Shown here: positions 44,139-55,085 of the stretch, piece by piece
How positions within the stretch are numbered: the stretch's first letter is position 1
How the letters are laid out: the number at the start of each line of letters is the position of its first letter
Assembly (NCBI GenBank): GCA_963677485.1
Contig: OY781964.1
Location: 1,472,001 to 1,536,000, forward strand
DNA: 64,000 nucleotides
Direction of reading: 5' to 3'
DNA from: Armatimonadota bacterium
Lineage (GTDB): Bacteria > Armatimonadota > HRBIN16
Notes under the pieces: model-generated
Seen by the model: only the letters and a program-made list of their open reading frames with translations
Told to the model about the DNA's origin: nothing
The model's database searches: none
Translations under genes and position numbers: made by a program

Positions 44139-45407
44139 GTGATCATGACCAGATGGAATATTCCGGACACCGACCGCGACCGCTTGCGGGAACTGGCAAG
44201 GAAACAGGCCGAATATGCTGCGCTGCCAATCATGCAAGAACGCATCAAGCGGTGGTATGCACACAACGACATGCAGGGTGACCGGCCTATGGTGCATATC
44301 GAGGTCGGCACATTCGTCTCAGAGGTCATGCCTCCGCTGCTGTGCGGTTCGAATGCGGCCCGCGCCATTGAGAGCCAGTTGATAATGAACATGATCAACC
44401 ACGAGCTGATTGATGACGACCGTGTGGTAGCCGATCACTTCGGAATAGGCTGGTGGAGCGGCTTCCGTCTGTTCGACATCGATATCCAAAGGTCGTATGC
44501 TAAAGACTCACGCGGGCAGAACCTGGGATTTCACATCGACTACCCCATCACCGACCTGGAGGCCCAGATCGATGGGCTGCAGCCCAGCGTGTACAGCGTG
44601 GATAAACCCGGAAGTCTGGAGTATAAGCAGTTTGTCGAGGAGATATTTGGCGATATCCTGCCGGTGCGGTTTGTGGGGGGCACCCCTGGCAACAACCCCA
44701 GTTACCGGTTGATTGAGCTGATGGGCATGGAAAACGTGATGTGCGCCATGAAAGAGTGCCCGGATGCTTTGCACCGGCTGATGCGCATGGTCACGGATGA
44801 CATCAAGACCTACCACCAGTTCTGCGAGCAGAACGACCTGCTGATAGTGAACAACGGCAACGACTGGGCGGGTCAGGGCACTTTCAGCTTCACCAATGAA
44901 CTGCCTGCTGAGGGTTATAACCCGGCACATGTTCGGCTGAAAGATATGTGGGGATACTCCGATTCGCAGGAGTCGGTGGGGTATTCGCCTGCTGCCTACC
45001 ATGAGTTTGTGGGCCCATATTACCATGAACTAATGGAGCTATTCGGCCTGAACAACTACGGCTGTTGTGAACCGGTGCATCCCTATTGGGAGAAAGATAT
45101 CCAACACTTCCCCAATCTGCGCAAAGTGTCGATATCTCCCTGGTGCGATGAGGCCTTCATGGGCGAAGCGCTGCGTGGACGGCGAACCATATTCCACCGT
45201 AAACCGAGCCCGCAGTATCTCAGTGCCGAAGGCAAGCTGGACGAAGAGGCATATGGCAAGCACATTCTGGCTACCATGACGGCGGCCAAGGGCTGCAAGC
45301 TGGAGTTCAGCTACCGCGATGTGTATATGCTGGGCGGTGATGTGAATAAACCGCGCGAGGCTGTGGCCCTGATGCGCCGCCTGTTTGATAAATACTGGCA
45401 ACCGTAG
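44139..45407 (+). CDS. URO-D-like superfamily hypothetical protein
   Basis: SQESVGYSP..YHEF, YGCCEPVH, LRKVSISPW, HRKPSP. Confidence 0.8.
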   Translation: MIMTRWNIPDTDRDRLRELARKQAEYAALPIMQERIKRWYAHNDMQGDRPMVHIEVGTFVSEVMPPLLCGSNAARAIESQLIMNMINHELIDDDRVVADHFGIGWWSGFRLFDIDIQRSYAKDSRGQNLGFHIDYPITDLEAQIDGLQPSVYSVDKPGSLEYKQFVEEIFGDILPVRFVGGTPGNNPSYRLIELMGMENVMCAMKECPDALHRLMRMVTDDIKTYHQFCEQNDLLIVNNGNDWAGQGTFSFTNELPAEGYNPAHVRLKDMWGYSDSQESVGYSPAAYHEFVGPYYHELMELFGLNNYGCCEPVHPYWEKDIQHFPNLRKVSISPWCDEAFMGEALRGRRTIFHRKPSPQYLSAEGKLDEEAYGKHILATMTAAKGCKLEFSYRDVYMLGGDVNKPREAVALMRRLFDKYWQP

Positions 45408-45627
45408 ACGGAAAACCCTCGATTGACGGGTCGGCACCTGATGGCAGCAGACATTCGTGAATTATACGGTATAATTTGAGGTACCGGAGCCCTGACGTTC
45501 CGGCCCCAAACGAGACGGTTAGACATGACTGTCCACGCGGCACCCACGACGGAAAGTATCTTGTAAGACTACCGAGCGATCGGTAAGTCTGAGTCATCCC
45601 TCACCATATAGATTAGGGGTAACACTC

Positions 45628-45858
45628 ATGTTACAAGCGTTGCTTTCCCCCGGGTTGCAAAGTCGATCCACACAGGTTCGGGTTCAGCAGTTGCTGTTCC
45701 AGATCCGCTTGTTCTTTCGAGGGCTACTGTGGGCATTCAGCGCGATCGCGGTCATGGTGTTCCTGTTCTTAGTGCTGTATAGCTCCAAGAGCCTGTTGGG
45801 AATAGATTTCTTTCCCAGCGTGCATTTCAGGGATATCGTAGCTACGTTCACGATGTAG
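45628..45858 (+). CDS. Small membrane protein
   Basis: One long TM then YSSKSLLGIDFFP; SD-like agggg. Confidence 0.65.
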   Translation: MLQALLSPGLQSRSTQVRVQQLLFQIRLFFRGLLWAFSAIAVMVFLFLVLYSSKSLLGIDFFPSVHFRDIVATFTM

Positions 45859-45931
45859 TGTATGGCAACTGCATCATGCGGCCTTCCTTCGGGAAGGCCG
45901 CCCGGATTTTTAGAGCACGGGGGCGTCTCCC

Positions 45932-46215
45932 CTGGGCACGCCAATCTCCCGATTGGCTCCCTCTCCATCCGAACCTATCCGTGCCATCCGCTTAATCCGC
46001 GGTTCAGACAATCCGGGCATCGGACGGATAGGACGGATGGGACCGATCGTGTGGGGGTGACCGGCGGTCACCCTCGTCAGACGGCGACGTGTAGGGGCGC
46101 GGTTTCCGCGCCCAGGGGCGGGGAAACCCCGCCCCTACAACGGTTCAACGGGCGACCTCCGGTCGCACCGATTGTTATACGACCATCAAGAGGGCGAGGC
46201 ACGCCTCGCCCCTAC
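45932..46215. repeat. REP-like and 9-mer composite cluster
   Basis: gccaatctcccgattggc, atccg arm, ggacggata arm, gtaggggcg...cgcccctac. Confidence 0.75.
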
Positions 46216-49200
46216 TCGATGATGCTGAACTCCGCGAGGCCGCTGAACTGCTGGCCGGCTTGTTCACTGAGGGCCACCAGCTTGATATACCTCGCCTCGA
46301 CCGCGCCGTTGAAAAGAACCTGCTGAGGTATCGCGGTGTTGGCCAGGCGTCCTTTGGCGATACAGGAACCCCAGCCAAGACCATCTTTGCTGATATACAC
46401 CTCGTAATCCGCAATGCGGCCGTTGACCATATCGACGCGGCTGGTCAGCAAAAGCCCCTTGATACTGCGCATCTGCCCCATGTCCACCGCGACCCAGTGC
46501 GGCAGCATATCGATCTGTGCGCCCCATCTGGTGTGCCAGTAGCTGCCTTGCCGTCCATCCAGGATGTTGTTCACGCTTTCGGGGCCACCTTGGTCGCTGT
46601 CACAGCCAAGCACACGCCAGCCCGAACGATCTACTAGATAGATCCGCGGGACGCTCTGTATCAGCACGGGCAGACTGTGTTTGCTGACATTCACAGTCAG
46701 CGGCTCTTTGCCCACCAGTTTAATCGGCTGTGTATAGGCAAGCTCGGGTTGACCGTCCACGGAATAGCTCACTTTCGCGGAGCTGTCGGGGTTGATCAGT
46801 TGTATCAAGCCCGCGCCGTCCTGCCACATCGCGACGGGTTTCACGCGCTCCGGCGCAGACTGCTGGCTCAGGGTCTGTGCCTGCTTTTGTCCGCCGGACA
46901 ATGGCTTGATGATGAAGCTGAAGGTGGCTGGGTCATTGTAGAGCGTATATTGCGGCAACGGACCGGGCCCGCAAGCTGCAGAACCCACACCCATCGTGCC
47001 GGCACTGACGCACAACGCGGTGAGCTGACTGGTCGGCAACAGATGCCGATAATTCACGCTGCCCAGTTGCTCATCAATATATGGCAAGGCCGAGAAGGCG
47101 AAAGGCGATCCGCTGCTCTGCACCATCACACCCTGACCTGTGCGGTCGGTGAGGGCAGTCCAGCGGGTATCCATATGGTTGCCGCACTCCATAGATGCAA
47201 CGTATTGGGTGAGTTGCTGTGCCACGCTGCTGCGATAGAGGCCCAGGTCAGCTCCGCGCATCCGGTCCGGGTAGTTCTCCTGAGGTCCACGCCCGTAGTA
47301 ACTCAGCTGGTTCAGTGCGGGGTTCAACAGCATCCGCATACCCATCCTGGCGATCACGCCGCGAGGGGTGAGCGGGATGACGCTGATATCCACCGCGATG
47401 CTGCCATCGGCCTGAATTAGGTAGCAGACGGTTTGGTGGAAGACCGGCACGCCGTCGCCAAGCCAGTCGATCTCTGCATCAACCCGGATGCTCGATGGCG
47501 ATATCGGCTCCACAGAAACCCTGCTGGCTTTGGCTTTCAGATCGTTCAGCCCCATCGCCTTCCAGTCGGATGCGGCCCAGAAGTCATCATTCACATGCGG
47601 GGCGCGATAGGTCCACAGTCCAAAACCACCCTTTGGGTCCAGCAGTGGCCGTCCATGGTAGGCGAGTTTAGTGAGCATTCCGGTCTGACGATCGATGCTG
47701 GCTTGCAGTTCCTTCGTGCTAAACTCCAGTTGCGCGGCGCTCTGCTTCAGTGTGATGGCATTCGTCACCACTGGCGCTGCCATTGCGGTCTGTTTGATGG
47801 GCAGCACCCACTGACCGCTGGCCAGCTCGTAGCCTTTCGGTGCCCAGAGGGTGGCGTTCTTCAGCCGAAATCCCAGTTCCAGCAGATACTCCGTGCCAGG
47901 AAGGGCCGTCATTGAGCCGATCGGGATTTGCATATCGCGGCTGGCTCCAGGCTCCAGTGACAGGCTGGGTAGTGTGCCTTCTCGCAGCAGCACGCCCTGC
48001 TGTTTGACCCGCCAGACCATCTCAAACTGGTCAGTATTCGTGAACGCATAGCGGTTGGTGACACGGATGCTGGGCTTGCTCAGGTCTGCCGCTGCCATCT
48101 TGATCCACTGGTAGACACGCTTCACCTCATAGTATTTTGGCGTGGGTGTGCGGTCGGAAAACACCACTCCCTTGATGATGAACGCCCCGTGGTTGGGCTC
48201 ATCGCCAAAACCGCCGCCCATCGCCAGGAAGGGTTTGCTGGGGTCACGGCGGTTCCAAAGCACTTGGTCCTGCCACTCCCAAATCGCCCCACCCATCAGC
48301 GCCGGGTTCTCATCGATGATGTCGTTGTATTCACCCAGCGCGCCCATGCTGTTGTTCATCGCATGGGCATACTCGCACAGGTAGAAGGGCTTGGTGAAGT
48401 CCCCTTTGGCCACAGAGGCACACTCGGCCGGCGAGCTATACATTTGGCTGTCGATATCGGTGGGGTTGTTTTTGCCATACGGATAGCCCTGGTAGTGGCT
48501 GGGACGCGAGTCATCCAGCAGCTTAAGGCGGGCCAACTCCGTGTCCAGGTTCGAGCCGCTGTAGCTCTCGTTGCCCAGCGACCAGATGACCACGCTGGGA
48601 TGGTTGCGGTCGCGCATGACCGAGTTGGTGATGCGCGCCTCATACTGAGCGCGCCATTCGGGCGATTTGCTGATGCCCTGGGCGTAGTCGCCGTGGCACT
48701 CCACATTCGCCTCGGCTACGAGGTAGATGCCGTATTGGTCGCAAAGCTCATACCAGCGCGGGTCATTGCTGTAGTGGCTGGTGCGCACGTGGTTGCAGTT
48801 GGCCTGTTTCAGCAGCTTGAGGTCGCGGATGCGCTGGGCATCGGTCTCCACATGGCCGGTGTCAGGCCAGTTCTCGTGCCTGTTGGAGCCCTTCAGCTTG
48901 ACCGGCACACCGTTAATGCAGAACAGCCGGCCCTTCACCTCCACCTTTCGGAAGCCTGTGCGGCAACTGACGATCTGCTTTGTCTCAGCGTCACCTTTGA
49001 GTGTCAGCACCGTGGTGTAGAGGTAAGGATGCTCCGCATTCCACTTGGTGGGAGCCTTGACCAACATCGTCACATCGTAATGGCATGTTGAGTTCACCGT
49101 CAGAGCGGGTATTATCACGGTTCTTTGCACCCCGGTCGGTTTACCAGCGGCGTCATACAGCTCCACCATCAGCTCGCGTGATGGGGTTGGCTCCGACGAG

Positions 49201-50051
49201 GTGTTATTTACCTCGAGCTGCACGTTCAGAATGCCATTTTTGTAGTCAGAGTCCAGGTCGCCATTCACAAAGAAGTCCTGTATGTGCTGCTTGGGGGTGC
49301 TCCAAAGACGCACGCTGCGGAAAATCCCGCTGAGGAACCACATATCCTGGTCCTCCAGATAGCTGCCCGCGCTGAAGCGGTAGACCTGCGCGGCCAGAAG
49401 GTTCTTGCCGGGCTTGAGGAAGGGCGTGATGTCAAACTCCGCCACCGTGCGGCTGTCGGTGCTGTAGCCCACATATTGGCCGTTGACCCACAAAAACAGG
49501 TTGGAGTCCACCCCATCAAAGGAGATCAGCGTGCGGCGCGACTTCCAGTTGGCCGGCAGGTCGAACCATCGCCGATAACTGCCCACCGGGTTGCGCTCGG
49601 TGTAGGTGGTCCAGTTCTTGTCCGGCGTGCCCATCACATGCGGCGGATCGGTCTTGAATACAAACCCTGAGCATAGATAGTTCGGGGTTCCGTAACCCTT
49701 CATCTGCCAGTTGGATGGCACCGCGATGCTCTTCCACTTCGAGGCATCATACCCGGGCTGCTCAAAGCCGATCGGACGCATCTCTGGCGAGGACACCCAG
49801 TGGAACTGCCACTGGCCATCCAGCATACGGCAATATGGCGAGTTGGTCCGGTCGGCCTTTAATGCCTGTGACAGGCTGCCATACGGCATCATCGTGGCAT
49901 GAGGCGGCAGCTTGTTGATGCCTGTGATGGTGGGGTCTTCTATCTCGCGCGGAAAGGGCAGCTCATCGGGCGAGGCCCAAGCCACGGCGAGAGGTCCCAG
50001 CAGCAGACCGAAGAGCGCTGCGCAGAATGTAAGTGTGGGAAACAGCTTCAT
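46212..50051 (-). CDS. Secreted GH2 beta-galactosidase with C-terminal F5/8 (CBM32) domain
   Basis: NRHE, VRTSHY, WSLGNES, CEYAHAM, Bgal_small domain, YWHT..PHW..DMG; signal peptide. Confidence 0.93.
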   Translation of the reverse strand: MKLFPTLTFCAALFGLLLGPLAVAWASPDELPFPREIEDPTITGINKLPPHATMMPYGSLSQALKADRTNSPYCRMLDGQWQFHWVSSPEMRPIGFEQPGYDASKWKSIAVPSNWQMKGYGTPNYLCSGFVFKTDPPHVMGTPDKNWTTYTERNPVGSYRRWFDLPANWKSRRTLISFDGVDSNLFLWVNGQYVGYSTDSRTVAEFDITPFLKPGKNLLAAQVYRFSAGSYLEDQDMWFLSGIFRSVRLWSTPKQHIQDFFVNGDLDSDYKNGILNVQLEVNNTSSEPTPSRELMVELYDAAGKPTGVQRTVIIPALTVNSTCHYDVTMLVKAPTKWNAEHPYLYTTVLTLKGDAETKQIVSCRTGFRKVEVKGRLFCINGVPVKLKGSNRHENWPDTGHVETDAQRIRDLKLLKQANCNHVRTSHYSNDPRWYELCDQYGIYLVAEANVECHGDYAQGISKSPEWRAQYEARITNSVMRDRNHPSVVIWSLGNESYSGSNLDTELARLKLLDDSRPSHYQGYPYGKNNPTDIDSQMYSSPAECASVAKGDFTKPFYLCEYAHAMNNSMGALGEYNDIIDENPALMGGAIWEWQDQVLWNRRDPSKPFLAMGGGFGDEPNHGAFIIKGVVFSDRTPTPKYYEVKRVYQWIKMAAADLSKPSIRVTNRYAFTNTDQFEMVWRVKQQGVLLREGTLPSLSLEPGASRDMQIPIGSMTALPGTEYLLELGFRLKNATLWAPKGYELASGQWVLPIKQTAMAAPVVTNAITLKQSAAQLEFSTKELQASIDRQTGMLTKLAYHGRPLLDPKGGFGLWTYRAPHVNDDFWAASDWKAMGLNDLKAKASRVSVEPISPSSIRVDAEIDWLGDGVPVFHQTVCYLIQADGSIAVDISVIPLTPRGVIARMGMRMLLNPALNQLSYYGRGPQENYPDRMRGADLGLYRSSVAQQLTQYVASMECGNHMDTRWTALTDRTGQGVMVQSSGSPFAFSALPYIDEQLGSVNYRHLLPTSQLTALCVSAGTMGVGSAACGPGPLPQYTLYNDPATFSFIIKPLSGGQKQAQTLSQQSAPERVKPVAMWQDGAGLIQLINPDSSAKVSYSVDGQPELAYTQPIKLVGKEPLTVNVSKHSLPVLIQSVPRIYLVDRSGWRVLGCDSDQGGPESVNNILDGRQGSYWHTRWGAQIDMLPHWVAVDMGQMRSIKGLLLTSRVDMVNGRIADYEVYISKDGLGWGSCIAKGRLANTAIPQQVLFNGAVEARYIKLVALSEQAGQQFSGLAEFSIIE

Positions 50052-50751
50052 GAAGACTCCTTTGTTGAGACCTGACCGTATCCGTACCGGCGGGCAGGAT
50101 GGGATGATACGTAAACTCACCTGTTCTCATGATATAACTAACTGCCACCACAGCGTTACCAAGCAGGCGATCATTTACCTATAATACGAGCCTGAACCTG
50201 CATAAGACGTAAATCCTTAGTAGCTCGATTGCGGGCTGGCATCCTTCGACAAGGCTGACCGGCCCCGCTCGGGCTATCGTCTGAACCACGGATTACACGG
50301 ATTGACAGGATGACACAGATGGGAAGATCGCCGCCCGCGTCGCTTTGCGCCTGCGGGCGCTTTCGGGGAAGGCCTTGCGCCCGCTTGCGGGCTGCAAATG
50401 CCTAGACGCGCGGTGAGGGAACCCCGTTTAGGGACGCCAGTCCCGTGGGGTGACTAAACCCGCGGCAGTGTGGGCTGGTAACCCCCGATATTTACGATCA
50501 GCCCCGTGTCGATGGGTTCCATCTCATCATCCGCCGCTGATGGCTGAGGTGTTATATCGGGCAATGGGTAGGCCCAATAAGTGGCTACCATCGGGTCTCT
50601 GACAAGCCTGTGACCGTGAATCGCTTCCGCTACCGCCGGCAAATCACATCCCGCATGATGCCGCCCTCGACTTCATCTGGCAATATCCGGTATAACAAGC
50701 ATGACACACCATCAAAACCATGATCAGCCCGACCGCACCAAGGAGTCCATA

Positions 50752-51945
50752 ATGGCAGATGAACGGCAGTTAGAGATACTGAACCAGGGCGTGGATGTAT
50801 GGAATGATTGGCGCGGGAAGAACCCCGGTGTAGTTGTAGACCTGATGAATGCTGAGTTAAACGGCAAGGTGCTGAGCTCGGTGAACCTCAAGCACGCCAA
50901 CCTCATTGGGGCTGAGCTGAATGGAGCGGACCTGAGTGAAGCCGACCTGAGGGAGGCGCGCCTGAACGTGGCGGACCTCAGCACGGCCAACCTGCTAGGG
51001 GCCAACCTGAGCGGGGCCTATCTGCTGTTTGTGCACCTTAACGGAGCCGATCTGGCCGGAGCGGACCTCAGTGGGGCATATCTTGAAAAGGCGGACATGC
51101 AGGAGACGCATCTATATAAGGCGAACCTCAGCGGGGCCAACCTGACCGATGCCAGCTTGATCGGAGCGGACCTTACGGGTGTGGATATCACGGGTGCCAC
51201 ATTGATTGGTGCGAATCTTGGCATCACCAACGTCACAGACATCATATACGATCTTAAGTCGATGGCCGGGAAATATAAGGGCATCTGCGTAGACAGTTGC
51301 TTCGGCTACGCCGTTTTCAAACGCGACGCACAAGACCAGGACTATATCGACACGCTGTGGGCCAATGCAAAAAACCAGTGTCCACTATACGACCGGATCA
51401 CAAAGGTTCACACCTGGTTTATAGAGCTGTGGGCGAAATGGGTTGGCTGTAAGTGGCTGCCGTTGTTCAAACACATCCACAATACCACAGGTTTGTTTTG
51501 CGGCATCAAGCACAGACGCCAGCAGCCGCTGCGGATTATCGGCATATGGTTATGGGGTTTCCTCACGGATTACGGCCGCAGCATTCCGCGGTTATCGCTT
51601 GTAGCGGCTATGGTCATCGCGGGGTTTGGGTACTATTACCAGTGCCATCCAGAACTTGTGAACATCAACGCCCCCGTGCAGCACAGCATGCCGCCAGCAA
51701 GCTCGGGGGGGAGCACTCTGAACGATTATCTGTTCGGTACACCTGAACCAGCCAGCACACCGGCGATGTCGGGGTTCACACCGTATTACTTTTCTGTGGT
51801 TATTTTCACCACACTTGGTCTGGGCGACATATCACCCCACGGCACGGGGGGGCAATTGGCGGTGATTTCCGAGGTGGTGCTGGGCTATGTCACGCTGGGT
51901 CTGCTGCTGTCGATCCTGGGCAACAAGGTCGCCCGTCGGAGCTGA
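50752..51945 (+). CDS. Pentapeptide-repeat protein with C-terminal 2-TM ion-channel domain
   Basis: WNDWR, A(N/D)LSGA repeats, DYGRS, YFSVVIFTTLGLGDISP. Confidence 0.9.
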   Translation: MADERQLEILNQGVDVWNDWRGKNPGVVVDLMNAELNGKVLSSVNLKHANLIGAELNGADLSEADLREARLNVADLSTANLLGANLSGAYLLFVHLNGADLAGADLSGAYLEKADMQETHLYKANLSGANLTDASLIGADLTGVDITGATLIGANLGITNVTDIIYDLKSMAGKYKGICVDSCFGYAVFKRDAQDQDYIDTLWANAKNQCPLYDRITKVHTWFIELWAKWVGCKWLPLFKHIHNTTGLFCGIKHRRQQPLRIIGIWLWGFLTDYGRSIPRLSLVAAMVIAGFGYYYQCHPELVNINAPVQHSMPPASSGGSTLNDYLFGTPEPASTPAMSGFTPYYFSVVIFTTLGLGDISPHGTGGQLAVISEVVLGYVTLGLLLSILGNKVARRS

Positions 51946-51997
51946 GGGGGGGGCGCCGTCGCGTGAGGTGTTGCGTGAAACACCCCAGTTACACCTA

Positions 51998-53265
51998 CAG
52001 CCCCGCTGCGACGGGTTCCATCGCCGCAGTCCGCATGCGGGCGCAGGACCTCCCCAACGCCCGCCGGAACGCGGGCCGGTACTGATCAGCGACGGTTGAC
52101 AGCGCCCGTACCGGGACGCAGTCACGGACGGGCCGCCGAACCCGTCGCACAATGGCTCGCAGGTAACCATGATCACCAGTGGCCTTGTGCCGCGGGTTTA
52201 GTCACCCACACGACTACGTTCCGGGAGCTGGCGCTCCGGGAACTGCGTCTAGTGCGGGTTCCTGCACCGCACGGCTGATCAATATCGGCCGGTGTCGCTT
52301 TGCTCCGACCGGCGACCGTAATAGCGCAGTATCGGTCTGGCGGATCGCCTTGCTCCGCTTGCGGGCAGCCAACTCATCAGACGCGCGGTGGTCTTGAATG
52401 CCTATGTCCGGGCGGTTTTCCCCTAACCGCGCCGGTCTGGCGGTTAGCCTGGTATCTATGGACCAGTATGCCGCGCATTCTCCGGGCACCCACGAAGTGG
52501 GTAAGATTCTTTATAGCCAGGGGTGAGCGAAGCGATACCCCTGGAAAAGGCCACGAAACCCTACCCACGAAGTGGGTCGTCCGATGACGATGTGGCTGAT
52601 CGCCTCCGATACCAACCACCAGCCCCGCTGCGACGGGTTCCATCGCCCCGTGAACGGGCGCAAGACTACTCCAACGCCCGCCGGAACGCGGGCCGGTACT
52701 GATCAGCGACGGGTGACAGCGCCCGTACCGGGACGCAGTCACGGACGGGCCGCCGAACCCGTCGCATAATGGCCAGTAGATAACCATGATCACCAGTGGC
52801 CCAGTGCCGCGGGTTTAGTCACCCACACGACTACGTTCCGGGAGCTGACGCTCCGGGAACTGCGTCTAGTGCGGGTTCCTGCACCGCACGGCTGATCATT
52901 AGCGGCCGGTGTCGCTTCGCTCCGACCGGCGACCGTAATAGCGCAGTATCGGTCTGGCGGATCGCCTTGCTCCGCTTGCGGGCAGCCAACTCATCAGACG
53001 CGCGGTGGTCTTGAACGCCTATGTCCGGGGCGGTTTTCCCTAAACGCGCAGGTCTTGCGGTTAGCCTGGTACCTATGAACCAGTATGCCGCGCATTCTCC
53101 GGGCACCCAAGAGGTGGGTAAGATTCTTTATAGCCAGGGGTGAGCGAAGCGATACCCCTGGCAAAGGCCGCGAAACCCTACCCCGAAGTGGGTCGTCCGA
53201 TGACGATGTGGCTGATCGCCTCCGATACAAACCACCAGCCACACTGCGACGGGTTCCATCGTCCC
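51998..53265. repeat. Tandem duplication of an approximately 620-bp non-coding unit
   Basis: cagcc..ctgcgacgggttccatcg at 51998, 52620, 53236; internal sequence highly similar between copies. Confidence 0.92.
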
Positions 53266-53281
53266 CACAGCAGTTGTCGGC

Positions 53282-54298
53282 CTACAACCCCGCCGCTTTG
53301 CGTATCCTGGCAAAACCACGGTCACGCAATTCGCTGCTGTACAGCTCCAGCCCTATCCAGACAAATACGAAACTGACCAACGGCAATACCTGAAGTGCGA
53401 TCTGCGGATCACCACCTGCTATATGGTAAAACCCCTTCAACAAAAAGAAAAAGCCGATCCACAACCCTACAATCCATTGGGTGAGCACCCCGCTTGATGC
53501 TGGCTTAGGCATCGGATTTTCATCTAGCTGGATCACAGGAACTTCGCGCTGCAAGGTTACGTTGTGTAGTTGCTCAATGGCCGCCTGGTTCCCCTCTTGA
53601 TCATAGCAAACCGGGATCACCCCATTGGCACTTACCAGGTAAAGCGACGCACTGCGGTCTGATATCGCATATGAAAGCGCAGGTTGTGTGTCATCTACGG
53701 GGCAAGAGACAAGATAGACGCTGACATATGAGGGCAACATATACCACTCCAACGAAGGCAACACCCAAAGGATGTGATAGCCATTCGTTTGCCACGCACA
53801 GGTCGCTTTGAGCTTAGACCGCCGCATGCACCTCACCAGACGAAGCATATGCATGGCGGGATACATCGATATATATACAACGATACAAGCTACGCCACTC
53901 ATGCCCATGACATAAAACGGCGAGACATAAAACAAGACTAGAAAGCCTATTGTAGACATCATAGCGTCGTAGTAAAAATCTGATGGCAGCGTAGCTTGAT
54001 TAATCTCCCAGGAATATACGCGAGCGCTGGTTTCACCCTTCGTTCCGTACAGCAATCTATATGGGTACCGATCATGCGGCCCGAAAAACGCCCCGTTTTT
54101 GATGATGATCCACGCACTGCATGCTATCCCCAACAAAAAGCCAAAAGCAAAGAATAATGGGGAAATATGTCCAAAAGGCCACATGGCGATCATTCCAACA
54201 CCAATCCATAATTTTGGCAACTGTGCATTTTGATAGAACCAGAGTTTCATATCATTCATCTTTCTGGGATGCTGCATCTTAAAAACACTCGGCACCAA
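53282..54298 (-). CDS. Hypothetical membrane protein
   Basis: 338-aa ORF with several TMs, lower GC; start uncertain. Confidence 0.7.
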   Translation of the reverse strand: MVPSVFKMQHPRKMNDMKLWFYQNAQLPKLWIGVGMIAMWPFGHISPLFFAFGFLLGIACSAWIIIKNGAFFGPHDRYPYRLLYGTKGETSARVYSWEINQATLPSDFYYDAMMSTIGFLVLFYVSPFYVMGMSGVACIVVYISMYPAMHMLRLVRCMRRSKLKATCAWQTNGYHILWVLPSLEWYMLPSYVSVYLVSCPVDDTQPALSYAISDRSASLYLVSANGVIPVCYDQEGNQAAIEQLHNVTLQREVPVIQLDENPMPKPASSGVLTQWIVGLWIGFFFLLKGFYHIAGGDPQIALQVLPLVSFVFVWIGLELYSSELRDRGFARIRKAAGL

Positions 54299-54447
54299 CT
54301 GAAATCTAAGTCATGATGCACTAACCCGACCGGCATGGTTTTTATTGTATTGCTGTTAGTGTATACGAGGGATGCTCCGATGTCAAGCCTGGTTGTATAT
54401 CGTTTAAGTAACTGTATCGAATGCACCCCGGCCAACGCGGTTTTTGA

Positions 54448-54660
54448 CTGAACCACGAATGGACACGAATAGGAAAGGTCTCACGCGAAGACGCGAAGAC
54501 GCGAAGGGTGGTTCAATCACCTCCACATCCGTGTCATCCGACTAATCCGCGTCATCCGTGGTTAAGACAACTCCGTGCCCCTGTCGGTACCTAATCTGTG
54601 CCATCTGTGTAATCTGTGGATGTGAATCCCCTCCGCGCCCTCCGCGTCTCCGCGTGAGAT
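54448..54660. repeat. Nested 8/9-mer arm element
   Basis: aaccacgaatggacacgaat; tctcacgcgaagacgcgaag ... ctccgcgtctccgcgtgaga; atctgtg arm. Confidence 0.8.
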
Positions 54661-54723
54661 GGTTCCATCCCCCTGCAATTACCAGCTTGCGAGGGTATTC
54701 CGCATACAGGTATCATAACTCTA

Positions 54724-55047
54724 GTGTCTCACCTAATTTCGAGAGGTAGCTCATTGAACATCAAGGGCGGTGTAACCGGAAGGCTTCTGGGTGCGGTGGT
54801 ATTCATCGGCGGCATTGCGCTGCTGGTATGGACTTTTCAGCTCGCGTTCCGCTTCTACTCAGAACCCATCCCCTCGGCAAAATCTGATGTGGCCCAGTTA
54901 GGCATCATCGGCATGAATATGGTCAAGAAGATCATCATGATGCTGGTAATGCTGCTCGCCGGTTCGCTGATCACAGGTAAAGGGATCAATCTCTACTTGG
55001 CCGGACAAGCACCTCGCAACAACAGCAACCCGGCACCAAAACCATAA
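54724..55047 (+). CDS. Small two-TM protein
   Basis: Two hydrophobic helices; probable TTG start at 54754. Confidence 0.7.
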   Translation: MSHLISRGSSLNIKGGVTGRLLGAVVFIGGIALLVWTFQLAFRFYSEPIPSAKSDVAQLGIIGMNMVKKIIMMLVMLLAGSLITGKGINLYLAGQAPRNNSNPAPKP

Positions 55048-55085
55048 CCCACAAGTTAACCCTCAAGCAGCAAGGATGGCAATCC

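Noticed and set aside
50752-51945. Pentapeptide plus channel fusion as a novelty
   Set aside because: This architecture is already common in bacteria and archaea.
51832-53393. Many short ORFs in the duplicated region (also at 56802-57404 and 61240-61801)
   Set aside because: They are translations of repeat DNA in several frames with no start signals or protein motifs.
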